DNA of 64,000 nucleotides from Centroscyllium fabricii (lineage: Eukaryota). The translations under genes were made by a program, and so were the position numbers. Positions 1 through 12,831 of this stretch are shown here, one piece after another. Numbering within the stretch: the first letter of the stretch is position 1; each line of letters starts with the position of its first letter. Under the pieces are notes generated by a model. It was not told the DNA's origin, made no database searches, and worked only from the letters and a program-made list of their open reading frames with translations. Location of the stretch: contig JBNRSN020000012.1 in the NCBI GenBank assembly GCA_051313645.2, positions 79,794,001 to 79,858,000 of the forward strand. Direction: 5' to 3'.

Positions 1-1265
1 CCGAGCCCAGTCGTGTGTAATCTCAGCATTCTGTTCAATCATAAGCTGAGTTTTAAACACCACAACTGTTCCATTGCTGAGACCATCTCCTTCCAGCTCC
101 AGAACTTTCTCCATTTGCGCCTGCTTGCCACCCCACTACTGCTCAAATCCTCATCCATCAGTTCAAGGACTTATTTTTCCAATGCTCTCTTTCCTAGCCT
201 CACTATCTCCGCCATCAAACTATTTTTTTAAATTTTTTTTCAATTCATTGATGGGATGTGGGCGTCGCTGGCTGACTAGGCCTGCATTTAGTGCCCATCC
301 CTAATTGCCCTTGAGAAGATGGTGGTGAGCCGCCTTCTTGAACCGCTGCAGTCCATATGGTGTAGGTACACCCACAATGTTGTTAGGAAGGGAGTTCCAG
401 GATTTTGGCCCAGCGACAGTGAAGGAGCGGCGATACAGGTCCAAGTCAGGATGGTGTGTGGCTTGGAGGGGAACTTGTAGGTGGTGATGTTCCCATGCGT
501 CTGCTGCCCTTGTCCTTCTAAGTGGTAGAGTTCGCGGGTTTGGAAGGTGCTGTTGAAGGAGCTTTGGCGAGTTGCTGCAGTGCATCTTGTAGATGGTACA
601 CACTGCAGCCACAGTGCGCCGGTGGTGGAGGGAGTGAATGTTGGAGGTGGTGGATGGAGTGCCAATCAAGCGGCCTGCTTTATCCTGAATGGTGTCGAGC
701 TTCTTGAGTGTTGTTGGAGCTGCACTCATCCAGGCAAGTGGAGAGTATTCCATCACACTCCTGACTTGTGCCTTGTTGATGGTGGAAAGATGGTGGAAAA
801 CTAATCCAGAACCAATTCCGCTCCCTCACAAATTCCTGCACTCCTTTCACCTTCATGATTAACTGGTTCCCTGCTCCCCGGCAGACTGATTTCAAGATAC
901 TTGTCCGAATTTTGAAATCTCTTCATAGCCTCACCCCACCCTACTTAGGAAATCGTCTTCAGCCATATGTTTGAGCCTGAAACCCTCAGTTCTTCTAACT
1001 CTGGATTACTACATGCCCTGCCCTCTCTGCTCCACCACTGAAGGCTAATCTTTTAGTCACCACACTGCTGTCCTCTGGACATGCCTTCAAAAAACATTTC
1101 TCCTTGCTACTTCCCCTCTGCGTTTCAATGGCTCCAACAAACCTACCCTTTAACTGTGCCTTCAGTCGCACCCCTTCATTTCCTGCTCAGCCTCTATCTC
1201 TCTCTTCTATTGTGCTCTGAGATGCTTTCTTACATGAGGAGTGCTATAGAAATATAAATTGTTGC
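1..1265 (+). mobile_element. Old L2-clade LINE 3' relic, interrupted at 223-797
   Basis: Degenerate RT C-terminal translation (VCNLSILFNHKLSFKHH...FSNALFPSL...KL / IQN...NWFPAPRQTDFKILVRILKSLHSLTPPYL) continues across the insertion; L2-like tail 'gtgctatagaaatataaattgttg' near 1240-1265. Confidence 0.7.
223..797 (-). mobile_element. 5'-truncated copy of the LINE at 5490-8673
   Basis: ORF 756-301 is nearly identical to ORF 8092-8607. A-rich tail at 223-240, TSD AAACTA at 217-222 and 798-803, 11-bp tandem duplication GATGGTGGAAA at the 5' junction. Confidence 0.9.
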
Positions 1266-1779
1266 AGTAGTAATGCTTATAGTACACGAAGTCTGATTGC
1301 AAATATTAAAAGTACTGCACACTAACCTAAACCTGCATTAAACATTTCCTATTTTTTCCAGTTAAAATTGAATGAAAGAGGTACTATTCAGTGTTCCTGC
1401 CAAAACTTCCTGCAATTAATAGACCAGAATTTCTTTATTTCTTTCATTCCTCACAATTTCCTATTCATGCCCCTTGCTGGAGTTACTGCTGTATCATTTG
1501 TTAGCTTTAGCTTGCCTCCTAATTTGTCAGAACAAATTCTTCTGTTATCCCTTACAAGGGTGACACCTGCAAGAATTCTCTGGTAACAGATGACTGCAAT
1601 TAGTGACAAGTTGCTGTTGATGTGGAAAGGATTCTTCTGACTGAAGTAGTTTGTGTGAGAAATAGCCATCTGTGCCATGTCCACACCACAGGGTGCTATA
1701 GTCACAGAATAATGGTATTGTCCAAAGTCTGAGGACATTCAGCTGAGCCTTATCTTGTTGGTACTATATGCACAAACTG

Positions 1780-4700
1780 TTGGTGCAGGGAGGGATGTTG
1801 CACAGAGGACTGGTGCACGGAGGGATGGTGCAAGGAGGGATGGTACAAGGAGGGATGGTCGAAGGAGGGATGGTGCACGGAGGGATGGTGCAAGGAGGGA
1901 TGGTACAAGGAGGGATGGTGCAAGGAGGGATGGTGCAAGGAGGGATGGTGCAAGGAGGGATGGTGCACGGAGGGATGGTGCAAGGAGGGATGGTGCAAGG
2001 AGGGATGGTGCAAGGAGGGATGGTGCAAGGAGGGATGGTCGAAGGAGGGATGGTGCACGGAGGGATGGTGCATGGAGGGATGGTGCAAGGAGGGATGGTA
2101 CAAGGAGGTATGGTGCAAGGAGGGATGGTGCAAGGAGGGATGGTGCAAGGAGGGATGGTGCAAGGAGGGATGGTGCAAGGAGGGATGGTGCACGGAGGGA
2201 TGGTGCACGGAGGGATGGTGCAAGGAGGGATGGTGCAAGGAGGGATGGTGCAAAGTGGGATAGTGCAAGGAGGCATGGTACAAGGAGCGATGGTGCAAGG
2301 AGGGATGGTGCACGGAGGGATGGTGCACGGAGGGATGGTGCACGGAGGAATGGTACAAGGAGCGATGGTGCACATAGGGATGGTGCAAGGACGAAGGTGC
2401 AAGGAGGATTGGTACAAGGAGCGATGGTGCAAGGAGGGATGGTGCAAGGAGCGATGGTGCAAGGAGCGATGGTGCAAGGAGGGATGGTGCAAGGAGGGAT
2501 GGTGCAAGGAGGGATGGTACACGGAGGGATGGTGCAAGGAGTGATGGTGCGAGGTGGGATGGTGCGAGGTGGGATGGTGCAAGGAGCGATGGTGCAAGGA
2601 GCGATCGTGCACGGAGGGATGGTGCACGGAGGGATGGTGCAAGGAGCGATCGTGCAAGGAGGGATGGTACAAGGAGCGATGGTGCACGGAGGGATGGTGC
2701 ACGGATGGATGGTGCAAGGTGGGATGGTGCAAGGTGGGATGGTGCAAGGAGGGATGGTGCAAGGAGGGATGGTGCAAGGAGCGATGGTGCAAGGAGCAAT
2801 GGTGCAAGGAGGGATGGTGCACGGAGGGATGGTGCAAGGAGGGATGGTGCAAGGAGGGATGGTGCAAGGAGGGATGGTGCAAGGAGCGATGGTGCAAGGA
2901 GGGATGGTGCAAGGAGCGATGGTGCAAGGAGGGATGGTGCAAGGAGCGATCGTGCAAGGAGGGATGGTGCACGGAGGGATGGTGCACGGAGGGATGGTGC
3001 AAGGAGGGATGGTACAAGGAGCGATGGTACAAGGAGGGATGGTGCAAGGAGGGATGGTGCAAGGAGCGATCGTGCAAGGAGGGATGGTGCACAGAGGGAT
3101 GGTGCACGGAGGGATGGTGCAAGGAGGGATGGTGCAAGGAGGGATGGTGCAAGGAGGGATGGTGCACGGAGGGATGGTGCACGGAGGGATGGTGCACGGA
3201 GGGATGGTGCAAGGAGGGATGGTGCAAGGAGGGATGGTGCAAGGAGGGATGGTGCAAGGAGGGATGGTGCACGGAGGGATGGTGCATGGAGGGATGGTGC
3301 AAGGTGGGATGGTGCAAGGAGGGATGGTGCAAGGAGGGATGGTGCACGGAGGGATGGTTCACGGATGGATGGTGCAAGGTGGGATGGTGCAAGGAGGGAT
3401 GGTGCAAGGAGGGATGGTGCACGGATGGATGGTGCAAGGTGGGATGGTGCAAGGAGGGATGGTGCAAGGAGGGATGGTGCAACGAGCGATGGTGCAAGGA
3501 GGGATTGTGCACAGAGGAATGGTGCAAGGAGGGATGGTGCAAGGAGGGATGGTCGAAGGAGGGATGGTGCACGGAGGGATGGTGCAAGGAGGGATGGTGC
3601 AACGAGCGATGGTGCAAGGAGGGATAGTGCACGGAGGAATGGTGCAAGGAGGGATGGTCGAAGGAGGGATGGTGCACGGAGGGATGGTGCAAGGAGGGAT
3701 GGTGCAAGGAGGGATGGTACAATGAGGGATGGTGCAATGAGGGATGGTGCACATAGGGATGGTGCAAGGACGAAGGTGCAAGGACGAAGGTGCAAGGAGG
3801 GATGGTACAAGGAGGGATGGTGCAAGGAGGGATGGTGCACGGAGGGATGGTGCACGGAGGGATGGTGCACGGAGGGATGGTGCAAGAAGTGATGGTGCAA
3901 GGAGGGATGGTGCAAGGAGGGATGGTGCAAGGAGGGATGGTGCAAGCTGGGATGGTGCACGGAGGGATGGTGCAAGGAGGGATGGTGCACGGAGGGATGG
4001 TGCACGGAGGGATGGTGCAAGGAGTGATGGTGCAAGGAGTGATGGTGCAAGGAGGGATGGTGCAAGGAGTGATGCTGCAAGGAGGGATGGTGCATGGAGG
4101 GATGGTGCAAGGAGTGATGGTGCAAGGAGGGATGGTGTACGGCGGGATGGTGTACGGAGGGAAGGTGAAAGGAGGGAAGGTAAATGGAGGGATGGTACAA
4201 GGAGGGATGGTGCACATAGGGATGGTGCAAGGACGAAGGTGCAAGGAGGGATGGTACAAGGAGCGATGGTGCAAGGAGGAATGGTGCAAGGAGGGATGGT
4301 GCAAGGAGGGATGGTGCAAGGAGCGATCGTGCACGGAGGGATGGTGCACAGAGGCATGGTGCATGGAGGGATGGTGCAAGGAGGGATGGTACAAGGAGGG
4401 ATGGTACAAGGAGCGATGGTGCAAGGTGCGATGGTGCAAGGAGGGATGGTGCATGGAGGGATGGTGCACGGATGGATGGTGCATGGAGGGATGGTGCAAG
4501 GAGGGATGGTGCAAGGAGGGATGGTGCAAGGAGGGATGGTCGAAGGAGGGATGGTGCAAGGAGGGATGGTCGAAGGAGGGATGGTGCACGGAGGGATGGT
4601 GCAAGGAGGGATGGTGCAAGGAGGGATGGTGCAACGAGTGATGGTGCAAGGAGTGATGGTGCAAGGAGGGATGGTGCAAGGAGGGATGGTCGAAGGAGGG

Positions 4701-5015
4701 ATGGTGCACGGAGGGATGGTGCAAGGAGGGATGGTGCAAGGAGGGATGGTGCAACGAGCGATGGTGCAAGGATGGATCGTGCATGGAGGAATGGTGCAAG
4801 GAGGGATGGTCGAAGGAGGGATGGTGCACGGAGGGATGGTGCAAGGAGGGATGGTACAATGAGGGATGGTACAAGGAGGGATGGTGCACGGAGGGATGGT
4901 ACAATGAGGGATGGTGCAAGGAGGGATGGTACAATGAGGGATGGTACAATGAGGGATGGTGCAAGCAGGGATGGTGCAAGCAGGGATGGTGCAAGGAGGG
5001 ATGGTGCACGGAGGG
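1780..5015. repeat. 15-bp minisatellite (GGTGCAAGGAGGGAT)n, about 3.2 kb
   Basis: Direct reading of the tandem units; the pentapeptide-repeat ORFs (MVQGG, DGARR, WCKEG, HHPSL, APSLL, TIPPC) reflect the 15-nt period. Confidence 0.97.
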
Positions 5016-5489
5016 CACCATAACATAATCACAGCCAACTGAACTTGGGAAATTTGGGGCTTACATTCAGATCGGCTGGAGAACTCTTCCAGCATGCCTG
5101 GCAGGAAGTGGCAACCTGGCTGAATGCTAACAGCAGTACCTGAAGGACCTGGAAACAAATATGGGAGTAGACAACGCACTGAAGGTAAGACTATCCAAAA
5201 CACCACGTACCAGGTAGGTCAATGGCCCAAGATTACATGGCACAATATGTTGCCTGTCAACGTATTAAACTTTTATTGCTTGCCCTTGACAAACCTTCAC
5301 AGAACCTTACAGTACCATCATTGCACCTCACGCAGATCCACACTGCACCCGGGTACACCATCCAGATGTAAATTGCAATTAAAATTTCCTTCACTAGTAC
5401 AGCGTCTCAAGAATACTTTTCCGCTTGAACTACAAATTTCATGCTGAAAATTGCCTGTCGGTGAAATTGAAAGGGATGCATACAATTAA

Positions 5490-8400
5490 GGGGAGGCGGT
5501 GGTGTAGTGGTTATATCACTCGACTAGTAAGCCAGAGGCTCAGTCAAATGCTCTGAGGATATGGGTTCAAATCCCACCACGGCAGCTGGTGGAATTTAAA
5601 TTCAATTCAATTTAATTCTGGAATTAAATGTTAGTCTTAGTAATGGCGACCATGACACCATTGCCGATTGTTGCAAAAACCCATCTGGTTCACTAATGTC
5701 CTTTAGGGAAGGAAATCTGCCGTCCTTACCTGGTCTGGCCTACATGTGACTCCAGACCCACAGCAATGTGGTTGCCTCTTAATGCCCTCTGAAATGGCCT
5801 AGCAAGCCACTCAGTTGTAAACAACCGCTACGAAAAACAATAAGAATAAAACCGGACGGACCACCCGGCATCGACCTTGGCACCGGAAAAGACAGCGTCA
5901 ACAGCAAACCCGGCCCTGTCGACCCTGCAAAGTCCTCCTCACAAATATATGGGGACTTATGCCAAAATTGGGAGAGCTGTCCCACAGACTAGTCAAGCAA
6001 CAGCCTGACAGAGTCATATTCACAGAATCATACCTTACAGCCAATGTCCCAGACACCACCATCACCATTCCTGGGTATATCCTGTACCACTGGCAGGACA
6101 GACCCACCAAAGGTGGTGGCACTGTGGTATACAGTCGGGACGGAGTAGCCCTGGAGGCCTCAACATTGACTCAGGACCAAATGAGGTCTCATGGCATCAA
6201 GTCAAACACGGACAAGGAAACCTCGTGCTAATTACCACCTACCGCCCTCCCTCAGCTGATGAATCAGTACTCCTCCATGTTGCACATCAATTGGAAGAAG
6301 CACTGAGAGTAGCAAGGGCACAAAATGTCCTCTGGGTGGGAGACTTCAATGTCCATCACCAAGCGTGGCTCGATAGCACCACAACTGACCGAGTTGGCCA
6401 AGTCCTAAAGGACATAACTGCCAGACAGGGTCTGCGACAGGTGGTGAGGGAACCAACAAGAGGGGAAAAACCTACTTGATCTCGTCCTCACCAATCTACC
6501 TGTTGCAGATGCATCTGTCCATGACAGCATTGGTGGAAGTGACCACCGCACAGTCCTTGTGGAGACGAAGTCCCATCTTCATGTTGAGGATACCCTCCGC
6601 CATGTTGTGTGGCACTACCACCGTGCTAAATGGGACAGATTTCAAACAGATCTGGCAACTCAAAACTGGGCATCCATGAGGTGCTGTGGGCCATCAGCAG
6701 CAGCAGAATTGTATTCAACCACAATCTGTAACCTCATGGCCCGGCATATCCCTCACTCTACCATTACCATCAAGCCGGGAGATCAACCCTGGTTTAACGA
6801 AGAGTGCAGGAGAGCATGCCGGGAACAGCACCAGGCATACCGAAAAATGAGGTGTCAACCTGGTGAGGCTACAACACAGGACTACTTGCATGCCAAACAA
6901 CAGAAGCAACATGCGATAGACAGAGCTAAGCGATCTCACAACCATTGGATCAAATCAATGCTCTGCAGTCCTGCCACATCCAGTCGTGAGTGGTGGTGGA
7001 CAATTAAACAGTTAACAGGAGGAGGAGGCTCCAAAAATATCCCCATCCTCAATGATGGTGGAGCCCAGCACATGAGTGCAAAAGGCAAGGCTGAAGCATT
7101 TGCAACTATCTTCAGCCAGAAATGCCAAGTGGATGATCCATCTCAGCCTCCTCCTGAGGTCCCCAGCATCACAGATGCCAGTCTTCAGCCCATTCAATTC
7201 AATCCACGTGATGTCAAGAAATGGCTGAAGACACTGGATACTGCAAAGGCGATGGGCCCTGACAACATTCCGGCAATAGTACTGAAGACTTGTGCTCCAG
7301 AACTAGCTGCGCCCCTAGCCAAGCTGTTCCAGTACAGCTACAACACTGGCATCTACCCAGCAATGTGGAAAATTGCCCAAGTATGTCCTGTCTACAAAAT
7401 GCAGGACAAATCTGACCCGGCCAATTACCGTCCCATCACTCTTCTCTCAATCATCAGCAAAATGATGGAAGGTGTCGTCGACAGTGCTATCAAGCGGCAC
7501 TAACTCAGCAATAACCTGTTAACTGACGCCCAGTTTGGGTTCCGCCAGGGCCACTCAGCTCCTGACCTCATTACAGCCTTGGTCCAAACATGGACAAAAG
7601 AGCTGAACTCAAGAGGTGAGGTGAGAGTGACTGCCCTTGACATCAAGGCAGCATTTGATCGAGTGTGGCATCAAGGAGCCCTGGCAAAGCTGAAGTCAAT
7701 GGGAATCAAGGGGAAACTCTCCATTGGTTGGAATCAAACCTAGCACAAAGGAAGTTGGCTGTGGTTGTTGGAGGTCATTCATCTCAACCACAGGACATCA
7801 CTGCAGGAGTTCCTCAGGGCAGTGTCCTAGGCCCAACCATCTTCAGCTGTTTCATCAATGACCTTCCCTCCATCATAAGGTCAGAAGTGGGGATGTTCGC
7901 TGATGATTGCACACTGTTCAGCACCATTCGAGACTCGTCAGATACTGATGCAGTCCGTGTCCATATGCAGCAAGACCTGGACAACATTCAGACTAGGGCT
8001 GACAAGTGGCAAGTAACATTCGCACCACACAAGTGCCAGGCAATGACCATCTCCAACAAGAGCAGGCCAGAGGCTGGGAATTCTGTGGCGAGTGTCTCAC
8101 CTCCTGACTCCCCAAAGCCTTTCCACCATCTCAAAGGCACAAGTCAGGAGTGTGATGGAATACTCTCCACTTGCCTGGATGAGTGCAGCTCCAACAACAC
8201 TCAAGAAGCTCGACACCATTCAGGATAAAGCAGGCCGCTTCACTGGCACTCCATCCACCACCTTCAACATTCACTCCCTCCACCACCGGCGCACTGTGGC
8301 TGCAGTGTGTACCATCTACAAGATGCACTGCAGCAACTCCCCAAAGCTCCTTCAACAGCACCTTCCAAACCCGCGAACTCTACCACTTAGAAGGACAAGG

Positions 8401-8673
8401 GCAGCAGACGCATGGGAAGAGCACCACCTACAAGTTCCCCTCCAAGCTACACACCATCCTGACTTGGACCTGTATCGTCGCTCCTTCGCTGTCGCTGGGC
8501 CAATGTCCTGGAACTCCCTTCCTAACAACATTGTGGGTGTACCTACACCATATGGACTGCAGCGGTTCAAGAAGGCAGCTCACCACCATCTTCTCAAGGG
8601 CAATTAGGGATGGGCACTAAATGCAGGCCTAGCCAGCCAGCGACGCCCACATCCCATCAATGGATAAAAAAAA
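5490..8673 (+). mobile_element. Near full-length non-LTR retrotransposon (APE endonuclease + RT, probably CR1/L2/Jockey group) with tRNA-like 5' head and no ORF1
   Basis: A-box-like TGGTGTAGTGG 5500-5510 and B-box GGTTCAAATCC 5564-5574; endonuclease motifs (TNIWGL, TES, GGG, GDFN, LDL, SDH); RT motifs (GVPQGSVLGP, FADD); short A tail 8666-8673. Confidence 0.9.
5821..8607 (+). pseudogene. Disrupted EN-RT ORF of the LINE
   Basis: ORF pieces 5959-6231, 6225-6479, 6559-7503, 7665-8228 and 8092-8607 join through frameshifts, a TAA at 7501 and an apparent internal deletion near 8060. Confidence 0.88.
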
Positions 8674-9807
8674 TTAAAGGGTATGATGACTCACTGTCAG
8701 AATAATGAAACAAAAATTCTTGCACCCTTAGGAAAGCTTCAATACACACCTCAACCCACCAGCAGACTTTACTTGGGCTGAAAGGGAAGAAGGCTAAGCA
8801 GTGACAGGCAATAATGAAGTAAAACGAAACCAAGATACAGGCAGGCAGGTCACAGCAGCCCAACGCCCTCCCTGTTTGATGGCTGCTGAACTGGAGGTGG
8901 TGCTGCCTGAGATAGTCGCATGGCCTTGTTTACCACTTCACAACTCCATGCTCGTAACTCTACAATTCAGAGTGCCTGTCGGGAGATGAGGCAGGTTGGA
9001 GGTCTCAGTGCCACAGTGGTGCTGCCACTCTATGCTGCATGTTAGCTGGAAGGTGGCCTTACAGCAGATGGCACAGTGCTGCATCTCTGCTTAGACATAC
9101 CCTGTGAATACAACTTCCCATGGTCCTTGCCTGGTAAGTGTACCAAGGCCTGCAAGTATAGTTGGTGGCACCTTGCTGGAAGTAGCCAATCAGGCTTGGT
9201 TGGCTATTGCTTACCCAAGCATACCTTTCCTGTAGTGCCACTTAATGCATGACATACTGTGATTGGGATACTGCTGCAGAATCATCCTGCAAATACAGTT
9301 AGTCAGGCGTGCACACATATGTTGGGCTTGGTATAATAGCATTCTTTGTGTACTGTAAGCTCTGCATGAATTAATCCTTTGTGGGTACAAGTGTACCAAT
9401 TGGTGAGCACACAATATCTGAGGTGTACCCTGGCCTTCCCGGCAACCCTCCGTTGCTTCTCATCTTCTTCCATAAGTCAGCGGTACAAGGGGATCCCAAG
9501 GGGAAACCCAATGTTGCGCGGTAGCAGCTGGAGGAAGAAAAAAGTCTGTTCCACATCAAATGCCACAAACTAAGATGAATACCTAGGTGGCAAGAGTAGA
9601 AAACAAAGAAACCAACAAACGAGTTTAGAAATTACCTCACAATTTGAGAAACAATTTTCTTGCTGAGCATCTTTAACCTGACTGCCACATTCAGCTGAAC
9701 ACTAATTCCAGATGCTCATTTTCATGGGCGGGAATATGAATGAGCAGCCAGCATGCATCAATAATGGAAAATTACAGATCGGATACGCTCTCCAATGAAA
9801 ATATATT

Positions 9808-10440
9808 GGCCCAGAAATTGGGGTCTCCATGGGTGAGTACGCACGGGGTACTCACCCATAGGCCCCACAAAAGTGCCGGTTTCGTGCATGCACTGTGCAT
9901 GCGTGGGAAACTGGAACTTACGTTCCCCCGAATTAAGCGGTTAAGAGGTGAAGTGCATGTGCGGGAGCGACAGCGTGTGCGCATTGCACTTACATTTTTT
10001 TTGCAGTTTTTTCTGTCCGGGTAAGTATGAAAAAGTTACACTTGAAAAAAGCAGGCGTAAGGTCTACTTTTAACAAGGTAAGTGGTGAATTATTTCAAAT
10101 TAAAACATTTTTTCCACAGGTTTATTATTTTTAAATACTTTAAAGAAAGGTAAGTTTATTTTTAGACCCATTAGAAAATACAATTAATTTTTTCAAAATT
10201 TTTAATTATTGTTTAAAAGTTATTTCATGTAATTTATAGTTATTTAAAACTTTTTTTAAAATTTATTTGAAGTTTTAGTGATTTTTGGGGCTTGTAGAAT
10301 TCATAGTTTTGAGAGCTCTTCCTGTCAAACTTATGAATGGAGCATTCTCTGCTCCGATTGGCTCTCCATGGCCCATGTGATCCCAGGGGATGCAGCGCAT
10401 TACCTGCGCCGAAAGTGGGCTGGTTGGGGTCGAGTTTAGA
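9808..10440. mobile_element. Probable non-autonomous DNA transposon relic
   Basis: Begins GGCCCAGAAATTG, resembling other MITE ends in this window; 12-bp hairpin ATGGGTGAGTAC/GTACTCACCCAT at 9829-9859; no partner TIR found. Confidence 0.35.
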
Positions 10441-10483
10441 TTGTTAATACTTTAACTTCCTCCCCACCCCCAACCCACATGTT

Positions 10484-11259
10484 GGGGGGGAGATTTTGCG
10501 GGACGAGCGGGAACCTGGCGGGGATTGGTCGGGACAGGTTCCTGACCCGCCCAGCCAAGGGCCTGGGAAGGCCACAGTATTTTTGACTAATTAGTCAATG
10601 AAATCCCCGCTTGCGGGGTGCCTGAGCTAATTGTAGCAGTTAGGCGGCCAATTACGGCGCTGAAACTGCACCTTGAGGGAAATGCAGGAACTGTTTGTTT
10701 CCAGTTCCCATGGAAACACTCCACTGTGACCTCACAGTGAAGTGTGACCAATGGGGAAAGGCATGTGCTGCTGAGTGACAGTTGGGCGGGCGGGCTTCAA
10801 ATTTTTGACAGAGAGCCAGCGTCTGTCATTGGAGATGGGGAAGGCAGTTTTTGAAGTTTTTCCCCACAGCTGCTGCCGCCTTAAGGGAGTGACTTACTCC
10901 TGCAGTGTGATGAAGGCCTGGGAAGCATTTAGCTCCAGGGCCGTCAACACCTGGAAGGAGTAAGTTTTAAAATCATTGTGCCCAGCGGGGTTTAGGATGG
11001 CGGGGTTAGGGTGGAAAGGGGCTGAAAATCCCCAAGGGCCCTTAAAATGGCATTACACATGCCAATTAAGGGCCCTTAATCATCTGATCAGCCATCCCCG
11101 CTGGCCGCCGGCGGGAAAGATTCGGGTCGGGGAAACAGGCCAACCGAAAATGGGAAATCGGCGGGGAACTGGCGGGGAGGTGCGGGATCCGCCGATTCCG
11201 CTATTTTGCCGGTCGGGCCACCCAAAACCCCGCCTCACGGGGACATGAAAATACCCCCC
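10484..11259. mobile_element. Non-autonomous Harbinger-family element (MITE)
   Basis: G7-AGATTTT and AAAATA-C6 termini; both subterminal regions are homologous to 12225-13945 and to the ends of 36919-43451. Confidence 0.75.
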
Positions 11260-12831
11260 ATTTTTTCAGGTTACAATTACCCCCATAAGGTTGAATTTTT
11301 ACATGTTAGTGAACTGGTTTAGACTGAGGCTGGAATCATTTTACTGCACCTCTTCAGCAAAGATGCAGATTGCAAGAGAATACAGAAATCATTTCCCCTC
11401 CTCCTTCAGTCTGTATTTCTTGGTTCAGGGCATTTTACTGGACTGTACATTCCCTCAGTGTAGGTCTGCCTCCTGAAAAGGTCAGATGCCAGGAAGCAGG
11501 GGAGCAAAGCCAACTGCCGGTTTGCAGCAGCTGTAATGGCAGTCAGTCCAGAAATAGCAGCTAGAGGGCCTTAGGCCCCAAAATTCCAGTGTGGTACTTG
11601 GAAAACAAGGCCATTTACCTATTTTTGGCCTCCATCTACTTGTTACCTGTTGCTTCTCAGATCCTCTGACCTGAATGGGGCTGGGTGCAAAGCCTAAGGT
11701 ACATTTACTGTCAGTGCACTTGTAAATGGGCATCGCCTGGCATATTTCAAGAAAATGTGCGGGGAGGCACTGTGATGTAATTTCCACTGCATTTCCATAG
11801 GTTTTCCATGCTTGCTCCTGTGTTGGTGTAAGCATTCCCAGCTCCCTTGTGGGACCACCAGGATTTACCTGGCCAACACAAAGGGTAGTGTATTGCATGG
11901 CAATATTTGCATGAAGACAACATGCAAATTCAGATTGGAACATACCTAAATTACATGCTGCCTTTGAATTCATAGTAAAATCAGGTTACACATGCAATAA
12001 ACAATTTAGGAACCATCTCTTCTAGCATGGAGCTCTGTTATATGGGACCACAGGCTATGAAATTATGATGCCTGCTCGAGTTGCCACAATAAGTTTTCCC
12101 TTACTAAAAAGCAGCTTAATACGCGTGTCCAACTGACTAGCAACACCATACTCTCTCCTAACAACACCGCACCCCCCCTCCCTTTCAGAGAGCTAACTCT
12201 GGCCTCTCCCACTGCCCACACTCCGGGGGGGATTTTGCCGGAAGCGCGGGAACCTGGCGGGGATTGGTCTGGGCCGCCTCCGGCCCCACCAGCCCAAACA
12301 GCTGGGAAGGCCACGCAATTTTAGTTTAATTAGGTTGTTAAATCCCCGTTGGCGGCAGCGGGAGGTAATTAGGTCAATCGCGTTGGGCTGCAGCGGGGCT
12401 GCGAGCACTTTGATTGACAGTTCCAGCACTGGTTGTTGACAGTTCCCATGAAAACACGAGCCAATGGGAAAGGCCAAATGCTGGTGACTGACAGGTGGGC
12501 GGGCGAGCTCAGAATCTCTCACAACTCGCAGCGGCTGTCAGGAACTGTTCAGAACTGAGATTTCTCAGTTTCTGCTCACAGCTGCTGCTGCAGCCAGAAC
12601 GGAGTTACTTACTCCTCTAAGGTGCTGGAGGCATGCCAAGCATTTGGCAGCATGTACTTCACACCTTGAAGGAGAAAGTTTTAAATGCAAGAAGTCATTA
12701 CAACGCCAGGTTATAGTCCAACAGTAATAACCAGCGCTGTGCTCCTGCTGGGTTTCACCGAGCAGGGTTTAAGGTGACGGGGTTAGGGCGGGAAACAGGG
12801 AAAAATGGCTGAGGGCCCTTAAAATTACATT

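Noticed and set aside
1750-5206. ORFs up to 1085 aa in all frames
   Set aside because: By-product of a stop-free 15-bp tandem unit; no unique domain, splice context or strand preference.
5490-5580. tRNA gene (also 31499-31570)
   Set aside because: No clean cloverleaf or T-run terminator; these are retroposon heads.
5484-8681. TSD AATTAA(A)GGG around the LINE
   Set aside because: Imperfect and overlapping both the A tail and the G-rich start; not used as evidence.
8860-9570. Coding-like, GC-balanced segment
   Set aside because: Probably an old repeat, but no motif could be recognised, so it is left uncalled.
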